A stretch of DNA of 63,311 nt, counting the filler, from Lenisia limosa (taxonomy: Eukaryota; Protista; Breviatea): the NCBI GenBank assembly GCA_001655205.1. It is 8 parts of 8 records of this genome, joined end to end, with 100 filler letters (N's around TTAATTAATTAA, not from the genome) between each part and the next. Parts side by side here need not be neighbours in the genome. Positions count along the whole stretch, not along the records: positions 57,447 to 62,158 come from LPNZ01006217.1; positions 62,259 to 63,311 come from LPNZ01008979.1; 6 more parts are not named here. The stretch is one strand, 5' to 3'. This document shows, piece by piece, positions 61,601 to 63,311 of the stretch. The notes below the pieces were generated by a model, which was not told where the DNA came from, made no database searches, and saw nothing but the letters and a program-made list of their open reading frames with translations. Both the position numbers and the translations under genes were made by a program. Positions within the stretch are counted from its first letter, which is position 1. Every line of letters begins with the position of its first letter.

Positions 61601-61987
61601 CCAAATCCTCTAAGCTCTCCAAGGAAAAACAGGAGGTTGGGGGGGGGGGGGGACAGAANNNNNNNNNNNNNNNNNNNNNNNNNNNNNNNNNNNNNNNNNN
61701 NNNNNNNNNNNNNNNNNNNNNNNNNNNNNNNNNNNNNNNNNNNNNGGTATTTTCATGAAAATAATTGTTCCTAATAATTGAGATTTCGTCAGTTATTCAA
61801 ATCCACTTTTAATTGATAAGTTATTTTAATTTTTAATCATAGTTAATCTAAATTTAATCATATAGTTATTTTAATTGATAATCACATTTACTCATTATTC
61901 AGATTTCGTCCATGATACATCATCAGTTAATGACCGGCGAAATTAGTCCGCAGAGAGAGAAACTCGGAAGCGAAGCACCTCCTTCAG
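58679..61987 (+). CDS. Hypothetical low-complexity multi-exon gene with MITE-filled introns
   Basis: Small AG/GT-bounded exons at about 58679, 59060, 59607, 60254, 61570 and 61930 (e.g. VTLAETSEDVVVDEPRSPS, AAFPKQSVIKSKSSKLSKEKQE); full frame not reconstructed. Confidence 0.4.
58903..58990. repeat. (AACCG)n-rich array
   Basis: aaccgaaccg...cgaaccgaccgttctcgaaccgaccgaaccgaaccgaactgatggaaccg. Confidence 0.85.
59181..59270 (+). mobile_element. MITE family A copy (short subtype)
   Basis: tagggcttcacttcgg...ccgaagtgaagcctta; no clear TSD. Confidence 0.9.
59857..59914. repeat. Two 20-bp direct repeats beginning TTAA-CCCT
   Basis: aattaacccttccaggattt at 59857 and 59895. Confidence 0.9.
60353..60452 (+). 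mobile_element. MITE family A full-length copy with 8-bp TSD
   Basis: About 30-bp TIRs; flanks actacaac/acttcaac (7/8). Confidence 0.92.
60818..60916 (+). mobile_element. MITE family A copy
   Basis: tagggcttcactttg...ccaaaatgaagccctt. Confidence 0.88.
60990..61078 (+). mobile_element. MITE family A copy with internal deletion
   Basis: tagtgcatcccttcgg...gtcgaagtgaagcccta. Confidence 0.85.
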
Positions 61988-62283
61988 GTGAGAATGGTGA
62001 AATATGATGGGAGGGCAGCGATATTCAAGTATGATATGAGGGGAGTTTGTAAGCAATTGGCCGTGGCTTTTTTTTTATTTTATTTTGTATTGTGGATTTC
62101 CAACACGTCAGAATTGTTTTTATAGGATTTTTGTTCCGTTCAAAACATTTGCCATTTTNNNNNNNNNNNNNNNNNNNNNNNNNNNNNNNNNNNNNNNNNN
62201 NNTTAATTAATTAANNNNNNNNNNNNNNNNNNNNNNNNNNNNNNNNNNNNNNNNNNNNTATGAAAACAAGTTGAGGGATATGG

Positions 62284-62866
62284 ATGTTGAAAACGGTAAC
62301 TGGAAAGAGTATCTCTCCTAAAGAGATCGAAACCTATGTTGATATTGCCGCTACCGATTTTTTAACTTTACCACCAAATTCGCCATATGGTCTATCTTCT
62401 TTTTTGGTTTTTCCAACCCACAGCGGATACGCTGTAAATATCCCAAGGTCTACACTAAGGGACAAATTCTTATTGAAGTCAACTACCGAAGAAGTCACTC
62501 TGTTTCGAACTGATGTGCAAGAAGTAAAAAAATTGAACGGCATCACCTTTGAACAGGCCCTTGCTCAACAAGCAATTGCAAGAGTTGATGATGTTGAAGA
62601 ACATTCTGATTTTATCAAAGGAGCTGTTTCTGTTTGTGTGGCGCTATCCCATAAACATCCTGGAATTGTTGGAACTGATATCCCAAGCTGTTTCCTCAGG
62701 ATTTGAAAGTGATGTGACATGTGACAAGTGTAAACTGTCAACAAAAACAGGTTTATTTGTCAACCACGCAACTTGTCTGGATGTCGGAGGTTTGAACAAG
62801 TTGGAAGACAACCTCAAGACTAAAACAAAAGCAACTCCAGCTCCAAAGAAGCCACGCAAAAATTGA
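62284..62866 (+). pseudogene. Intronless coding fragment with a frameshift, C-x2-C-x11-H-x2-C motif and basic C-terminus
   Basis: ORF 62284-62706 switches frame near 62685 into FESDVTCDKCKLSTKTGLFVNHATCLD...PAPKKPRKN*. Confidence 0.45.
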
Positions 62867-63278
62867 TAGTGGTTGTTTTTGTGCATTTATTTGGTATTTT
62901 TTGATATATTTTGTTCTAATTATTTTGGTTACAATAGGATCTTGCTATTTCTATTCACTATTAACAAGCAAAAACAGAAACTGAGCAAACATCTGGAGTA
63001 ACAGTGTAAACAATCACCAAAAAGATAATTTGACGGAAAAATGGTTTAATGGCGGGAAAATGATTTAATGGCGGGGTTTTTGGCCGGTAGCATATACATA
63101 TCTACATTATAATATGTAAATAATATAGCTATACATAAATATTACATATTATATATATTGATAAATTGCAAACCAGGCGGTAAGGTGAGGTCCATGTTCA
63201 GAGTAGGCGGGCCTTCCATTGGGGGAAGGTCACTAAAACGTCAGGCTGGGGGGAGAGACCATTAAGAGCAATGATGGC

Positions 63279-63311
63279 AATAATAATAATAATAATAACA
63301 ATAACAATAAT
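63279..63311. repeat. (AAT)n microsatellite
   Basis: aataataataataataataacaataacaataat. Confidence 0.9.

Overview
AT-rich, intron-rich eukaryotic (protist-like) genomic DNA in the standard genetic code with GT-AG introns mostly 30-150 nt long. The window is not one contiguous locus: seven identical 100-bp spacers (N44-TTAATTAATTAA-N44) join eight separate assembly pieces, and many other gaps abut G/C or A homopolymers. Recognisable genes are SLU7, PRP28/DDX23, a Spg1/Tem1 GTPase, an ankyrin-repeat protein, a SIN1/RIP3-like RBD+PH protein, and a very large single-pass surface protein (FN3, REJ-like, cysteine-rich, TM). Several multi-exon hypothetical genes and decayed paralogous gene fragments fill the rest. 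The non-coding part holds at least three families of miniature inverted-repeat elements: two with hAT-type TAGGG termini (one with demonstrable 8-bp target duplications) and one Tc1/mariner-type with CAGTG termini and TA flanks. No transposase was found. There is also a recurrent pattern of long G tracts right after 5' splice sites. No rRNA, complete tRNA or CRISPR array was seen. Exon structures were inferred by eye and are approximate, and no database search was possible.
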